Assembly (NCBI GenBank): GCA_003558085.1
Contig: PWMT01000075.1
Location: 1-11,258 of the forward strand
DNA from: Methanobacteriaceae archaeon
GTDB lineage: Archaea; Methanobacteriota; Methanobacteria; Methanobacteriales; Methanobacteriaceae
Reading direction: 5' to 3'
DNA length: 11,258 nt
The position numbers were made by a program, and so were the translations under genes. Shown here piece after piece: positions 1 to 7,909 of this stretch. Numbering within the stretch: the first letter of the stretch is position 1; each line of letters starts with the position of its first letter. The notes beneath the pieces were generated by a model, which worked only from the letters and a program-made list of their open reading frames with translations, did not search any database and was not told the DNA's origin.

Positions 1-1
1 A

Positions 2-229
2 CAGAGAGTAGCAAATGCACGTGCATTAGCCAATAAACCCTCTATCATTTTAGCTGATGAACCAACTGGATCTCTGGACTCGAAAAGCAGTGATAGGATC
101 TTGAGGCGGTTAAAAGATCTTCATGAACAGGAAAACGTAACTCTAATCATTGTAACCCATGATTTAGAAGTAGCTTCACTGGCTGAGCGAACCATAGAGG
201 TACTGGATGGTCAAGTGCAAAATAATTAA
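2..229 (+). CDS. ABC transporter ATP-binding protein, LolD/MacB/MJ0796-like; 3' end only (runs off the left edge)
   Basis: Not in the ORF track. Frame 2 translates to QRVANARALANKPSIILADEPTGSLDSKSSDRILRRLKDLHEQENVTLIIVTHDLEVASLAERTIEVLDGQVQNN*. Contains Walker B/D-loop IILADEPTGSLD and H-loop IIVTHD; TAA at 227-229. Confidence 0.93.
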   Translation, partial: QRVANARALANKPSIILADEPTGSLDSKSSDRILRRLKDLHEQENVTLIIVTHDLEVASLAERTIEVLDGQVQNN

Positions 230-284
230 TTACTTTAGACTATCATAGCTGATTTTAACTTTTATAGAATAGTACTCCACCCAA

Positions 285-293
285 TTTTTTTTT
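285..293 (+). terminator. Putative archaeal oligo(T) terminator of the ABC ATPase transcript
   Basis: Run of 9 T about 55 nt after the stop codon. Archaeal intrinsic termination typically uses U-tracts. Confidence 0.45.
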
Positions 294-324
294 AAAATAA
301 ATATTAAGTTAGTGCTAGTTTTTT

Positions 325-356
325 AGCCCAAAAATGGGCTTTTATCTTAAAGATAA
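325..356. promoter_or_regulatory. Two adjacent perfect inverted repeats upstream of afpA (candidate operator(s) or hairpin)
   Basis: AGCCCA-AAAA-TGGGCT (325-340) and TTATCTT-A-AAGATAA (342-356), read directly from the sequence. Confidence 0.35.
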
Positions 357-426
357 TAACTATATTTACTTACTTTATTTTTTTACTTAGAAAAATAAAT
401 TAACTATAAATTACATACTATCTTTT

Positions 427-993
427 ATGACTGATGCTAAAAAAAGAATTGCGTGGGGAATAACTGGAGCAGGAGAAAAGTTGACTGAAACCTTTGCCAT
501 AATGAAGGATATACAGGAAAAATATAAAGATGATCTGGAAATACGGGTCTATGTGTCTAAATCAGGAGATCAAGTAGTTAAATATTATGGTATTTTTCGT
601 AAATTAGAACAATATTTTGAAAATGCCTGGGTGGAGATAAATGCCAATTCACCGTTTCTTGCCGGTCAAATTCAGTTGGGAAAGTATGACGTTGTAATCA
701 TTGCTCCCTGTACCTCTAATACAGTGGCCAAAATCTCTTTAAGAATAGCCGATACCTTACTTACTAATGCAGCTATCATGGGTCAAAAGGCGGGAATTCC
801 TCTCTACATTATGCCTTCTGACTTTAAAGAAGGCACTATTGTAACTAAACTTCCTAATGGCAAAGATTTAGAATTAAATATCACCAGAGAAGATGTGGAG
901 CACGTGGAAAAGTTAGCTAAAATGAATAATACTTATGTCTTTGAACATCCCGAATATATCTACCAGATCTGTGAAGAACACGCCTGTAAATAG
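427..993 (+). CDS. afpA: Archaeoflavoprotein AfpA family (HFCD-type FMN flavoprotein fold; related to dihydromethanopterin reductases)
   Basis: 188 aa with IAWGITGAG, VEINANSPFLAG, IIAPCTSNTVAKI..RIADTLLTNA and IMPSD motifs typical of AfpA. No ferredoxin-type CxxCxxC domain. Confidence 0.85.
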   Translation: MTDAKKRIAWGITGAGEKLTETFAIMKDIQEKYKDDLEIRVYVSKSGDQVVKYYGIFRKLEQYFENAWVEINANSPFLAGQIQLGKYDVVIIAPCTSNTVAKISLRIADTLLTNAAIMGQKAGIPLYIMPSDFKEGTIVTKLPNGKDLELNITREDVEHVEKLAKMNNTYVFEHPEYIYQICEEHACK

Positions 994-1228
994 TTATCCC
1001 CAAATTATATTGTAAATTAAACTGAATTAATTAATTTATCAATCTATATACTTTTAGATGATGGTTTTATTATTTTAGTATAATTATTAAGAGTAATAGA
1101 AAGGCGATTAAGAAATTAAATTTTTTAAATTCATTTTAAGACTACTGGAAGCTGTAAAAAAGAAATTAAAAAATATATTAAAAAAATAATTTAAAAAAAT
1201 TTTTTAGAATTAAGAATGTAGAGACTAA

Positions 1229-1555
1229 TTATTCTATCAGTTCCTGAATGGTTACCTCAAAGCTATAATAGTTTTCTCCCTCTGGAGATACTTTTTCTGT
1301 AAAAGGGGATATGCCCTTAAAATAAGCTTTTATATCTCCACTGGATGCTATATTCATGTTCAATGGTTCCATGTCAGTCATACTTTCAAAGAAGTCCTTG
1401 ATTTTAGAAAGCTCTTCTTTTTGACCTTCAAATTTAACCGTCATAGTGCCAGTTTGTTTTATTTTTAATTTAACTATATCCTGGGTAACTTCTAATTCAT
1501 TTTTTCCTTCACCAGTAGTTTTAGAAAAATAAACTTTTTCATATAATTCGCTCAA
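1229..1555 (-). CDS. Hypothetical protein, ~108 aa
   Basis: The ORF track starts at 1576, but a strong SD-like AAGGTGGGG precedes TTG at 1555-1553, which is the likelier start. It has its own TTTATATA box upstream. No recognisable catalytic motif. Confidence 0.7.
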   Translation of the reverse strand: MSELYEKVYFSKTTGEGKNELEVTQDIVKLKIKQTGTMTVKFEGQKEELSKIKDFFESMTDMEPLNMNIASSGDIKAYFKGISPFTEKVSPEGENYYSFEVTIQELIE

Positions 1556-1607
1556 ATTAACCCCACCTTTAATCATTTATCTATTGTTTATTATTTGGTA
1601 CTAGAAA

Positions 1608-1622
1608 TATATAAAATTTCTT
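1608..1622 (-). promoter_or_regulatory. BRE/TATA promoter of the hypothetical gene
   Basis: Minus strand reads AAGAAAT-TTTATATA: purine-rich BRE followed by a consensus TATA box (1615-1608), about 50 nt upstream of the TTG start. Confidence 0.6.
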
Positions 1623-1653
1623 GAATTTCTTCCAAATTGTAAATCAAGTTTTA

Positions 1654-2136
1654 CTAGAGTTTGTAGCCAATATCCCGTAATAATTTATGACGAAAAGCGA
1701 TATCCTCTTCTGCTTCAATTTTTTTTGGAGTGAAACCATCCACTACCCCAATTATTCCCCGGCCCTGCTCTGTTTCGATTATTAAAACTTCTACTGGATT
1801 GGCTGTGGCGCAAAATATATTAACCACTTCTGGAACATTTTTTATCCTCTGCAGCACATTGATGGGGTAGGCTTCTCTTAAATAAATCAAAAAGGAGTGC
1901 CCCGCTCTAATTTCCATCATTTTTTCAGAGGCAAATAATTCTAAGTGTTCATCATTACCAGAATACCGTAGATAACAATCTCCTGAAGCTTCTGCAAAGG
2001 CAAGACCAAATTTTATTTGGGGAACTGTGTTTATCAATGCTTCGTGGAGATCTTCCACAGTTTTTATAAAATGACTCTGTCCTAAAATAAGATTACAGTT
2101 GGCTGGAACCTCTAATTTCACTTTCTCCATTTTCAT
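1654..2136 (-). CDS. DUF355 / 'adenosine-specific kinase' family protein (PAE2307/Ta1353-like)
   Basis: Motifs [59 protein letters not shown] and C-terminal [17 protein letters not shown] (2147-2142) supports ATG at 2136 (160 aa) rather than 2166. Confidence 0.88.
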   Translation of the reverse strand: MKMEKVKLEVPANCNLILGQSHFIKTVEDLHEALINTVPQIKFGLAFAEASGDCYLRYSGNDEHLELFASEKMMEIRAGHSFLIYLREAYPINVLQRIKNVPEVVNIFCATANPVEVLIIETEQGRGIIGVVDGFTPKKIEAEEDIAFRHKLLRDIGYKL

Positions 2137-2510
2137 GTGCAACCTCCCTATAGGGTGTAAAATCAACTTATATTATTATGTGCTTAATGATAATAATAGT
2201 TTGATTCACTCCCCAAATAAGAAAAATATTCAGGTTATATTAGACAAATTATCAGCCTAAAATATATTTAAATTAGATTATAATATCTTAAAAGTTTCTT
2301 TAATTAAAAATAAAAATTATAACACCCCATATTTAGTATTTACAGCCTATTATTAAATAAAAGATGAGGAGAGTAGATAAGAGCATAGTCAATTTTATAT
2401 ATGATTGGATATAGAATCTTCCTATATTTTTATTATTAAAAAAAATTTATTATTTTTAATCCTTTTTTTACTTATTATACTGGTTTTATACACCTAAAGC
2501 TTAAGGCCTC

Positions 2511-2526
2511 ACCAAAAATATATAAG
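2511..2526 (+). promoter_or_regulatory. Putative BRE/TATA promoter of the regulator-acs-vor operon
   Basis: ACCAAAA-ATATATAAG about 100 nt upstream of the regulator start; predicted TSS near 2545. Confidence 0.5.
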
Positions 2527-2622
2527 TAAAAATTATTAATTAACATCTCCCAGATTTAGGATAAAACCTCCTCTTTCTTGGAGATTATTAAAAATGTAGA
2601 TAAACGGACCTGAGGTGTGATT

Positions 2623-3174
2623 ATGCAGGAAAAAGCAATAGAAATAGGCTCACGGGTGAGGGAAATGAGAAAATTATCCCATTTAAGTACCGCTGAAATG
2701 GCAGAGTACCTGAATATACCGGTAGAAACTTATCATGACTATGAAACCGGCCAAGCAGACATACCTGCCAGCATACTTTATGAAATCGCCCATAAATTTG
2801 AAGTTGATTTAGGATTATTGCTAACTGGAAAAGAGGCTAGAATGCACATTTTCACGGTAACTCGAAAAAATAAGGGAGTGGCTGTAGAGAGAAGAAAACA
2901 ATATCAATACGAAAACCTGGCAGAAAAATTCATTCATAAAAAAGGAGAACCCTTTATAGTCACTTTAGACCCAGGAGAGAATAAAAAACCGGATAAAAAT
3001 AGTCATCCTGGACAGGAATTCAATTATGTACTGCAGGGTACCATGAAGATCTACATCCATGACCATGAAATAATCCTTAATGAAGGAGATTCTATTTTCT
3101 TTGATTCCTCCTATGAACATGCCATGGAAGCATTAAATGAGAAACCAGCCCGTTTCTTGGCCATGGTAATGTAA
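2623..3174 (+). CDS. XRE-family HTH transcriptional regulator with C-terminal cupin sensor domain
   Basis: N-terminal HTH_3 pattern ([32 protein letters not shown]) and cupin motifs [12 protein letters not shown] and [23 protein letters not shown] at 2612-2617 favours ATG 2623 over GTG 2617. Confidence 0.9.
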   Translation: MQEKAIEIGSRVREMRKLSHLSTAEMAEYLNIPVETYHDYETGQADIPASILYEIAHKFEVDLGLLLTGKEARMHIFTVTRKNKGVAVERRKQYQYENLAEKFIHKKGEPFIVTLDPGENKKPDKNSHPGQEFNYVLQGTMKIYIHDHEIILNEGDSIFFDSSYEHAMEALNEKPARFLAMVM

Positions 3175-3201
3175 GTTATAATCATATTTAGAGGTGTTTA
3201 T

Positions 3202-4878
3202 ATGTCTTCTTTAATTAATAAATTTGTCAATAGAGTTGATTTTGAATCTTATGAAGATTTTAAAGATAATTTCCAGATTAAAGTTCCCTCCAAATTCAAT
3301 TTTGCCTACGATGTGGTAGATCAATACGCCACCACTAACCCGGAAAAGGTAGCCCTGGTTTGGTGTGATGATCAGGGTCAGGAAAAAATTTTCAACTTTC
3401 AGGAGATGAAAGCTTACTCTGATAAAGCAGCGAATTTCTTTAAAAATTGTGGCATAAAAAAAGGGGATAGGGTAATGCTTACCCTTAAAAGTCGTTATGA
3501 ATTCTGGTTTTGCATATTAGGGTTGCATAAGATTGGAGCCATAACTATCCCTGCTACTCATATGCTCAAAGCTAAAGATATTGTGTATCGTATCAGGAAA
3601 GCAAAAATAAAGATGGTGGTATGTATTGGGGAAGATGGAGTTCCTCCAAGCTTTGAAAAAGCAGAACAAGAACTGGAAATTCCCTTCCAAAAGGCGATAG
3701 TGGGAGATCAAAATCGTCCAGGATGGATTAACTTCAATGAGGAAATGGAAAAAGCCCCTGAAACTTTCCTACCTGGTGATGCGGAAAAAAATATGGAAAA
3801 TAATGATATATCATTGGTTTATTTCTCCTCAGGAACAACAGGAATGCCTAAAATGATACAACATGATTTTACTTATCCTTTAGGACATATTATCACTGCT
3901 AAATACTGGCAGAATGTGAAAGAGGATGGAGTGCATTATACGGTAGCAGATACCGGATGGGCTAAGGCCATGTGGGGTCAGATATATGGCCAATGGATTT
4001 GTGGTAGTGCTGTATTTGTCTATGATTATGAACGTTTCGATGCTAGAAACATGTTAGAGAAAGCATCCCATTATGGTATTAATACTTTCTGCGCTCCTCC
4101 TACTATTTATCGATTCTTGATAAAAGAAGATCTCTCCCAGTACGATTTATCCAGCATAGAATATGCAGTAACCGCTGGAGAGCCCTTGAATCCAGAAGTG
4201 TTCAACAAATTCTATGAACATACCGGTCTTAAATTACGGGAAGGATTTGGCCAGACTGAATGTGTGGTATGTATAGCCAATTTCCCCTGGTTGGAACCAC
4301 GACCTGGATCCATGGGTAAACCATCCCCCGGTTATGAAATTGAACTGGTAAATAAAGATTTAAAACCTGTGGATATAGGGGAAGAAGGTGAAATAGTAAT
4401 GAACACCAAATATAATAAACCCATAGGCTTATTTGGCGGCTATTATATGGACCAAGAAAAAACCAGTGCAGTATGGAATGATAATTATTACCATACCGGG
4501 GATACAGCTTGGATGGATGAAGATGATTATTTGTGGTTTGTAGGTAGAACTGACGATATGATAAAGAGTTCAGGATATCGGATCGGACCCTTTGAAGTAG
4601 AAAGTGCGGTTATCTCCCATCCTTCGGTACTGGAATGTGCAGTTACAGGATATCCTGATTCTTTAAGAGGTCAGGTGGTAAAGGCTACCATAGTACTGGC
4701 CAGAGGATTTGAACCATCCCCTGAATTGAAAAAAGAAATTCAAGATCATGTGAAAGATGTAACAGCACCTTATAAATATCCGCGCATAGTGGAATTTGTA
4801 GAGGAATTACCTAAAACTATTAGTGGAAAGATTCGACGTGTTGAAATTAGAAGTGAAGATCAACTTAAAACAGATTAA
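3202..4878 (+). CDS. AMP-forming acyl-CoA synthetase, medium/branched-chain (MACS / Methanosarcina AAE-like)
   Basis: 558 aa ANL adenylation motifs: [63 protein letters not shown] and ADTGWAK are typical of the MACS subgroup. SD GAGGTG upstream. Confidence 0.9.
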   Translation: MSSLINKFVNRVDFESYEDFKDNFQIKVPSKFNFAYDVVDQYATTNPEKVALVWCDDQGQEKIFNFQEMKAYSDKAANFFKNCGIKKGDRVMLTLKSRYEFWFCILGLHKIGAITIPATHMLKAKDIVYRIRKAKIKMVVCIGEDGVPPSFEKAEQELEIPFQKAIVGDQNRPGWINFNEEMEKAPETFLPGDAEKNMENNDISLVYFSSGTTGMPKMIQHDFTYPLGHIITAKYWQNVKEDGVHYTVADTGWAKAMWGQIYGQWICGSAVFVYDYERFDARNMLEKASHYGINTFCAPPTIYRFLIKEDLSQYDLSSIEYAVTAGEPLNPEVFNKFYEHTGLKLREGFGQTECVVCIANFPWLEPRPGSMGKPSPGYEIELVNKDLKPVDIGEEGEIVMNTKYNKPIGLFGGYYMDQEKTSAVWNDNYYHTGDTAWMDEDDYLWFVGRTDDMIKSSGYRIGPFEVESAVISHPSVLECAVTGYPDSLRGQVVKATIVLARGFEPSPELKKEIQDHVKDVTAPYKYPRIVEFVEELPKTISGKIRRVEIRSEDQLKTD

Positions 4879-4906
4879 GAGTTATATTAAATCTATAAAT
4901 TTAGGT

Positions 4907-4920
4907 TAAAAGATATATAA
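4907..4920 (+). promoter_or_regulatory. Possible internal TATA promoter for vorCBA
   Basis: TAAAAG-ATATATAA about 40 nt upstream of the vorC ATG, within a 78 bp gap; SD AAGGAG at 4946-4951. Confidence 0.35.
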
Positions 4921-4956
4921 TAAATTGAAAGTAATAATTTTAACGAAGGAGCAGAT

Positions 4957-5211
4957 ATGAAAAATTCTAAAAAACCCAAACCTTATCCAGTAATCAATTA
5001 CAATGAATGTAAAGCCTGTGAACGTTGTATTATAGCCTGCCCGCAGGAAGTGCTGGAGATGAGTATGGAGTTAAATGAAAGGGGTTATCATTACGTGGTC
5101 TATAAAGGAAGCAATTGTAGTGGCTGTGGAAACTGTTACTACACCTGTCCTGAACCCCTGGCTATTGAAGTACACATCCCTAAAAAGGTGAAAATAAGGG
5201 AGGATGAGTGA
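4957..5211 (+). CDS. vorC: 2-oxoisovalerate:ferredoxin oxidoreductase, 2[4Fe-4S] ferredoxin-like (delta) subunit
   Basis: Two CxxCxxCxxxCP motifs ([24 protein letters not shown]); [13 protein letters not shown] start as in Methanothermobacter VorC; directly upstream of vorB. Confidence 0.88.
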   Translation: MKNSKKPKPYPVINYNECKACERCIIACPQEVLEMSMELNERGYHYVVYKGSNCSGCGNCYYTCPEPLAIEVHIPKKVKIREDE

Positions 5212-5213
5212 TT

Positions 5214-6269
5214 ATGGCCACTCAGATGGTTAAAGGAAACACCGCAGTGATTATAGGAGCCATGTATGGTGGTTGTGACTGTTATTTCGGATACCCCATT
5301 ACTCCGGCTAGTGAAATATTACACGAAGCTTCTAAATATTTCCCTAAGGTAGGTAGAAAAGTGGTGCAGGCAGAATCTGAAGAAGCAGCTATTAACATGG
5401 TTTATGGTGGAGCTGCCGCCGGGCACCGTGTTATGACCGCTTCATCTGGTCCTGGTATGAGTTTAAAACAGGAAGGAATCTCATTTCTTGCAGGAGCAGA
5501 ATTACCAGCTGTTATTGTTAATATAATGAGGGCAGGCCCTGGTTTAGGTAATATTGGACCAGAACAAGCTGACTATAATCAAATAGTAAAAGGAGGAGGT
5601 CATGGTAATTATAAAAACATTGTACTGGCCCCTAATAGTGTACAGGAAATGTGCGACCTCACCCTAAAAGCATTTGAACTGGCAGATAAATATCTCAATC
5701 CCGTGGTGGTGCTGGCTGATGGTGTACTGGGACAGATGGCAGAACCCCTTATTTTCCCTGAAAAGACTATAAAACCTGAGATAGACACCTCCTGGGCTGT
5801 TTGCGGTAATGAACAGACTATGGAAAACCTGGTTACCTCCATCTTTCTGGACTTTAACCTTCTAGAAGAATTTAATTTCCAGTTACAAGAAAAATATATT
5901 AAGATAAAAGAAAAGGAAGTCCAATACGAGGAATATAAAGTTGAAGATGCCCAGATCATACTAGTCTCCTATGGTATCAGCAGCCGTATCTGTCGCAGTG
6001 CAGTTGATTTAGCCCGTTTAAAGGGAATTAAAGTAGGATTAATCCGACCTATAACACTATATCCATTTCCAGAGGAACGCTTGGCTGAACTATATAATGA
6101 AAATAAATGTCAGTTTATATCAGTGGAAATGAGTAATGGACAAATGTTGGAAGATATTAAAATGGCTATTAATTGTCAAGAAGTGGAATTAGTAAACCGT
6201 ATGGGCGGAAACCTAATTAAACTAGAAGATATAATGGAAAAAATCCATCAAATAGCCGGAGCTGATTAA
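5214..6269 (+). CDS. vorB: 2-oxoisovalerate (3-methyl-2-oxobutanoate):ferredoxin oxidoreductase, alpha-type subunit
   Basis: [13 protein letters not shown]-terminus, [43 protein letters not shown] at 5198-5204 and homology favour ATG 5214. Confidence 0.92.
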   Translation: MATQMVKGNTAVIIGAMYGGCDCYFGYPITPASEILHEASKYFPKVGRKVVQAESEEAAINMVYGGAAAGHRVMTASSGPGMSLKQEGISFLAGAELPAVIVNIMRAGPGLGNIGPEQADYNQIVKGGGHGNYKNIVLAPNSVQEMCDLTLKAFELADKYLNPVVVLADGVLGQMAEPLIFPEKTIKPEIDTSWAVCGNEQTMENLVTSIFLDFNLLEEFNFQLQEKYIKIKEKEVQYEEYKVEDAQIILVSYGISSRICRSAVDLARLKGIKVGLIRPITLYPFPEERLAELYNENKCQFISVEMSNGQMLEDIKMAINCQEVELVNRMGGNLIKLEDIMEKIHQIAGAD

Positions 6270-7730
6270 TTGACCCCTGATTACTCCAAACAGGAAAATG
6301 ATAAAAAAATCCTTAAAAAACCAGATTCCATGCCCGATGTATTTACACGTAAAGGTGGAAGTGCACCTACCGCCACTCATTACTGTGCCGGTTGTGGACA
6401 TGGTATCCTACACAAATTAATAGGAGAAGCCCTGGATGAATTAGGGATACAGGAAAGATCGGTTCTAATCAGTCCCGTGGGCTGTGCCGTGTTTGCTTAT
6501 TACTACTTTGACTGTGGTAATGTACAGGTAGCCCATGGTAGAGCTCCAGCAGTAGGTACTGGAATATCCCGAGCAGAAGATAATTCGGTGATAATGTTAT
6601 ACCAGGGAGATGGTGATCTCGCCTCTATTGGTTTGAATGAAACTATACAGGCCGCCAATCGTGGGGAAAAAATGGCGGTTTTCTTTGTCAATAACACTGT
6701 TTATGGTATGACCGGGGGGCAAATGGCCCCTACCACTTTAGTTGGAGAGGTTACCGTAACCTGTCCAGAAGGAAGAGACCCTCGATTTGCAGGATATCCG
6801 CTTCACATGTGTGAATTGCTAGATAACCTTCAGGCCCCGGTTTTCATCGAAAGAGTAGCATTATCTGATATTAAAAATATACGAAAAGCCAGGAAGGCGG
6901 TAAAAAAAGTCTTAGAAATTCAAAAAGAAGGCAAAGGTTACGCCTTCCTGGAAGTTTTAGCTCCCTGCCCCACTAATTTGAGACAGGATGCTAAAGCAGC
7001 AGAAAATTTTATTAATGAAGAAATGGCTCGGGAATTCCCCATAAAAAAATTCCGTGATAGAACATCCCAGGTAGAATCTCTTTTAAGAGGAAAAAGTGAT
7101 TTTTCAAAGGAAAGTCTGGATAAAATCTTCAATATTGAAACTGACAGTACACCAGAAGCCATTGATGATCCTGACTTTAAAGAAAAACATTTGAAAATTG
7201 CAGGTTTTGGTGGTCAAGGTGTGCTTAGTATGGGCCTCACTCTCGCCCAGGCTGCTTGTATAGAAAGAAGACATGTGACCTGGTATCCCTCCTATGGACC
7301 AGAACAAAGAGGTGGTACCTCTAGTTGTGCCGTGGTTATCTCTGGAGAAACCATAGGTTCACCTTCAGTAACTAAACCAGAAGTACTAATCGCATTTAAC
7401 CAGCCTTCTCTGGATGAATTTGCTAAAGACGTCATTCCTGGTGGTTTAATAATTTATGATTCTACTTCAAGTCATTTTTCAGGAAAAGAAGGAGTAAAAG
7501 CAATCGGAGTGCCAGCTATGAAAATTGCTAAAAAGATGGGAGTAAAAAGAGCAGCTAACACTGTGGTTTTAGGAGTTCTAATGGAATTAGGTTATACTGA
7601 AATGGCTGAAGAAGCATTTGCCCAGGCAATTAAGCATACCTTCGCCCTTAAACCTAAACTGGTGGATCTAAATCTTAAAATACTGGAAGCAGGAGCTAAA
7701 TGGGCCCGCGCCCATATAAAACTAGATTAA
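6270..7730 (+). CDS. vorA: 2-oxoisovalerate:ferredoxin oxidoreductase, fused beta (TPP/[4Fe-4S]) plus gamma subunit
   Basis: Beta part: [21 protein letters not shown] motif [21 protein letters not shown]. Gamma part from ~7185: [22 protein letters not shown] start immediately follows the vorB TAA, with GGAG at 6258-6261. Confidence 0.92.
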   Translation: MTPDYSKQENDKKILKKPDSMPDVFTRKGGSAPTATHYCAGCGHGILHKLIGEALDELGIQERSVLISPVGCAVFAYYYFDCGNVQVAHGRAPAVGTGISRAEDNSVIMLYQGDGDLASIGLNETIQAANRGEKMAVFFVNNTVYGMTGGQMAPTTLVGEVTVTCPEGRDPRFAGYPLHMCELLDNLQAPVFIERVALSDIKNIRKARKAVKKVLEIQKEGKGYAFLEVLAPCPTNLRQDAKAAENFINEEMAREFPIKKFRDRTSQVESLLRGKSDFSKESLDKIFNIETDSTPEAIDDPDFKEKHLKIAGFGGQGVLSMGLTLAQAACIERRHVTWYPSYGPEQRGGTSSCAVVISGETIGSPSVTKPEVLIAFNQPSLDEFAKDVIPGGLIIYDSTSSHFSGKEGVKAIGVPAMKIAKKMGVKRAANTVVLGVLMELGYTEMAEEAFAQAIKHTFALKPKLVDLNLKILEAGAKWARAHIKLD

Positions 7731-7752
7731 GATAATCTCAGTTTGATTAACT

Positions 7753-7785
7753 AGAAATCTTATTTATTTATAAGAATTCTTTTTT
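7753..7785 (+). terminator. Hairpin plus U-tract terminator after vorA
   Basis: AGAA-A-TCTTAT [TTATTT] ATAAGA-A-TTCT (10 of 11 pairs) immediately followed by TTTTT, 22 nt after the stop codon. Confidence 0.55.
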
Positions 7786-7909
7786 AATCTCATTTATTTT
7801 TGATTGATTTTTCCTAAATTTATTAGTAATTAGTAAATTAATAATAGGATTATTAAAGAGAATAGAAGTATCATCTTTAATTTTGTTAAAAAAATAACGT
7901 GTGATCTGT

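Noticed and set aside
991..1019. Possible pyrrolysine/selenocysteine readthrough of TAG/TGA stops (afpA, DUF355, vorC)
   Set aside because: The proteins are already full length. The afpA TAG is followed by TAA after 8 codons, the DUF355 TAG is immediately followed by TAA, and the vorC TGA abuts the vorB start. No pyl/sel genes in the window.
994..1228. A/T homopolymer dyads between convergent afpA and the orphan (e.g. A7T6 at 1193-1205) as a repeat or MITE
   Set aside because: Low-complexity A/T runs, best explained as terminators for convergent genes; no terminal inverted repeats with target duplication.
2540..2575. Perfect SD AGGAGGT on the minus strand suggesting a hidden small gene
   Set aside because: No ATG/GTG/TTG at usable spacing downstream; the nearest ATG is about 19 nt away.
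2167..2616. tRNA, CRISPR array or known riboswitch (e.g. fluoride) in the long intergenic region
   Set aside because: No cloverleaf/T-loop, no regularly spaced direct repeats, and no recognisable riboswitch consensus. An Rfam/Infernal scan would be the decisive test.
3517..3711. 64 aa antisense ORF inside the acyl-CoA synthetase
   Set aside because: Fully within a well-conserved gene on the opposite strand, with no motif; shadow ORF.
5609..7307. Antisense ORFs 5609-5959, 6503-6697, 6938-7162 and 7104-7307 inside vorB/vorA
   Set aside because: Composition typical of reverse-frame shadows of real genes, with no recognisable domains.
7812..7849. Imperfect inverted repeat upstream of gatD (AATTTATTA/TAGTAAATT with outer TCCTA/TAGGA)
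   Set aside because: Almost entirely A/T, asymmetric, and expected by chance at this composition.
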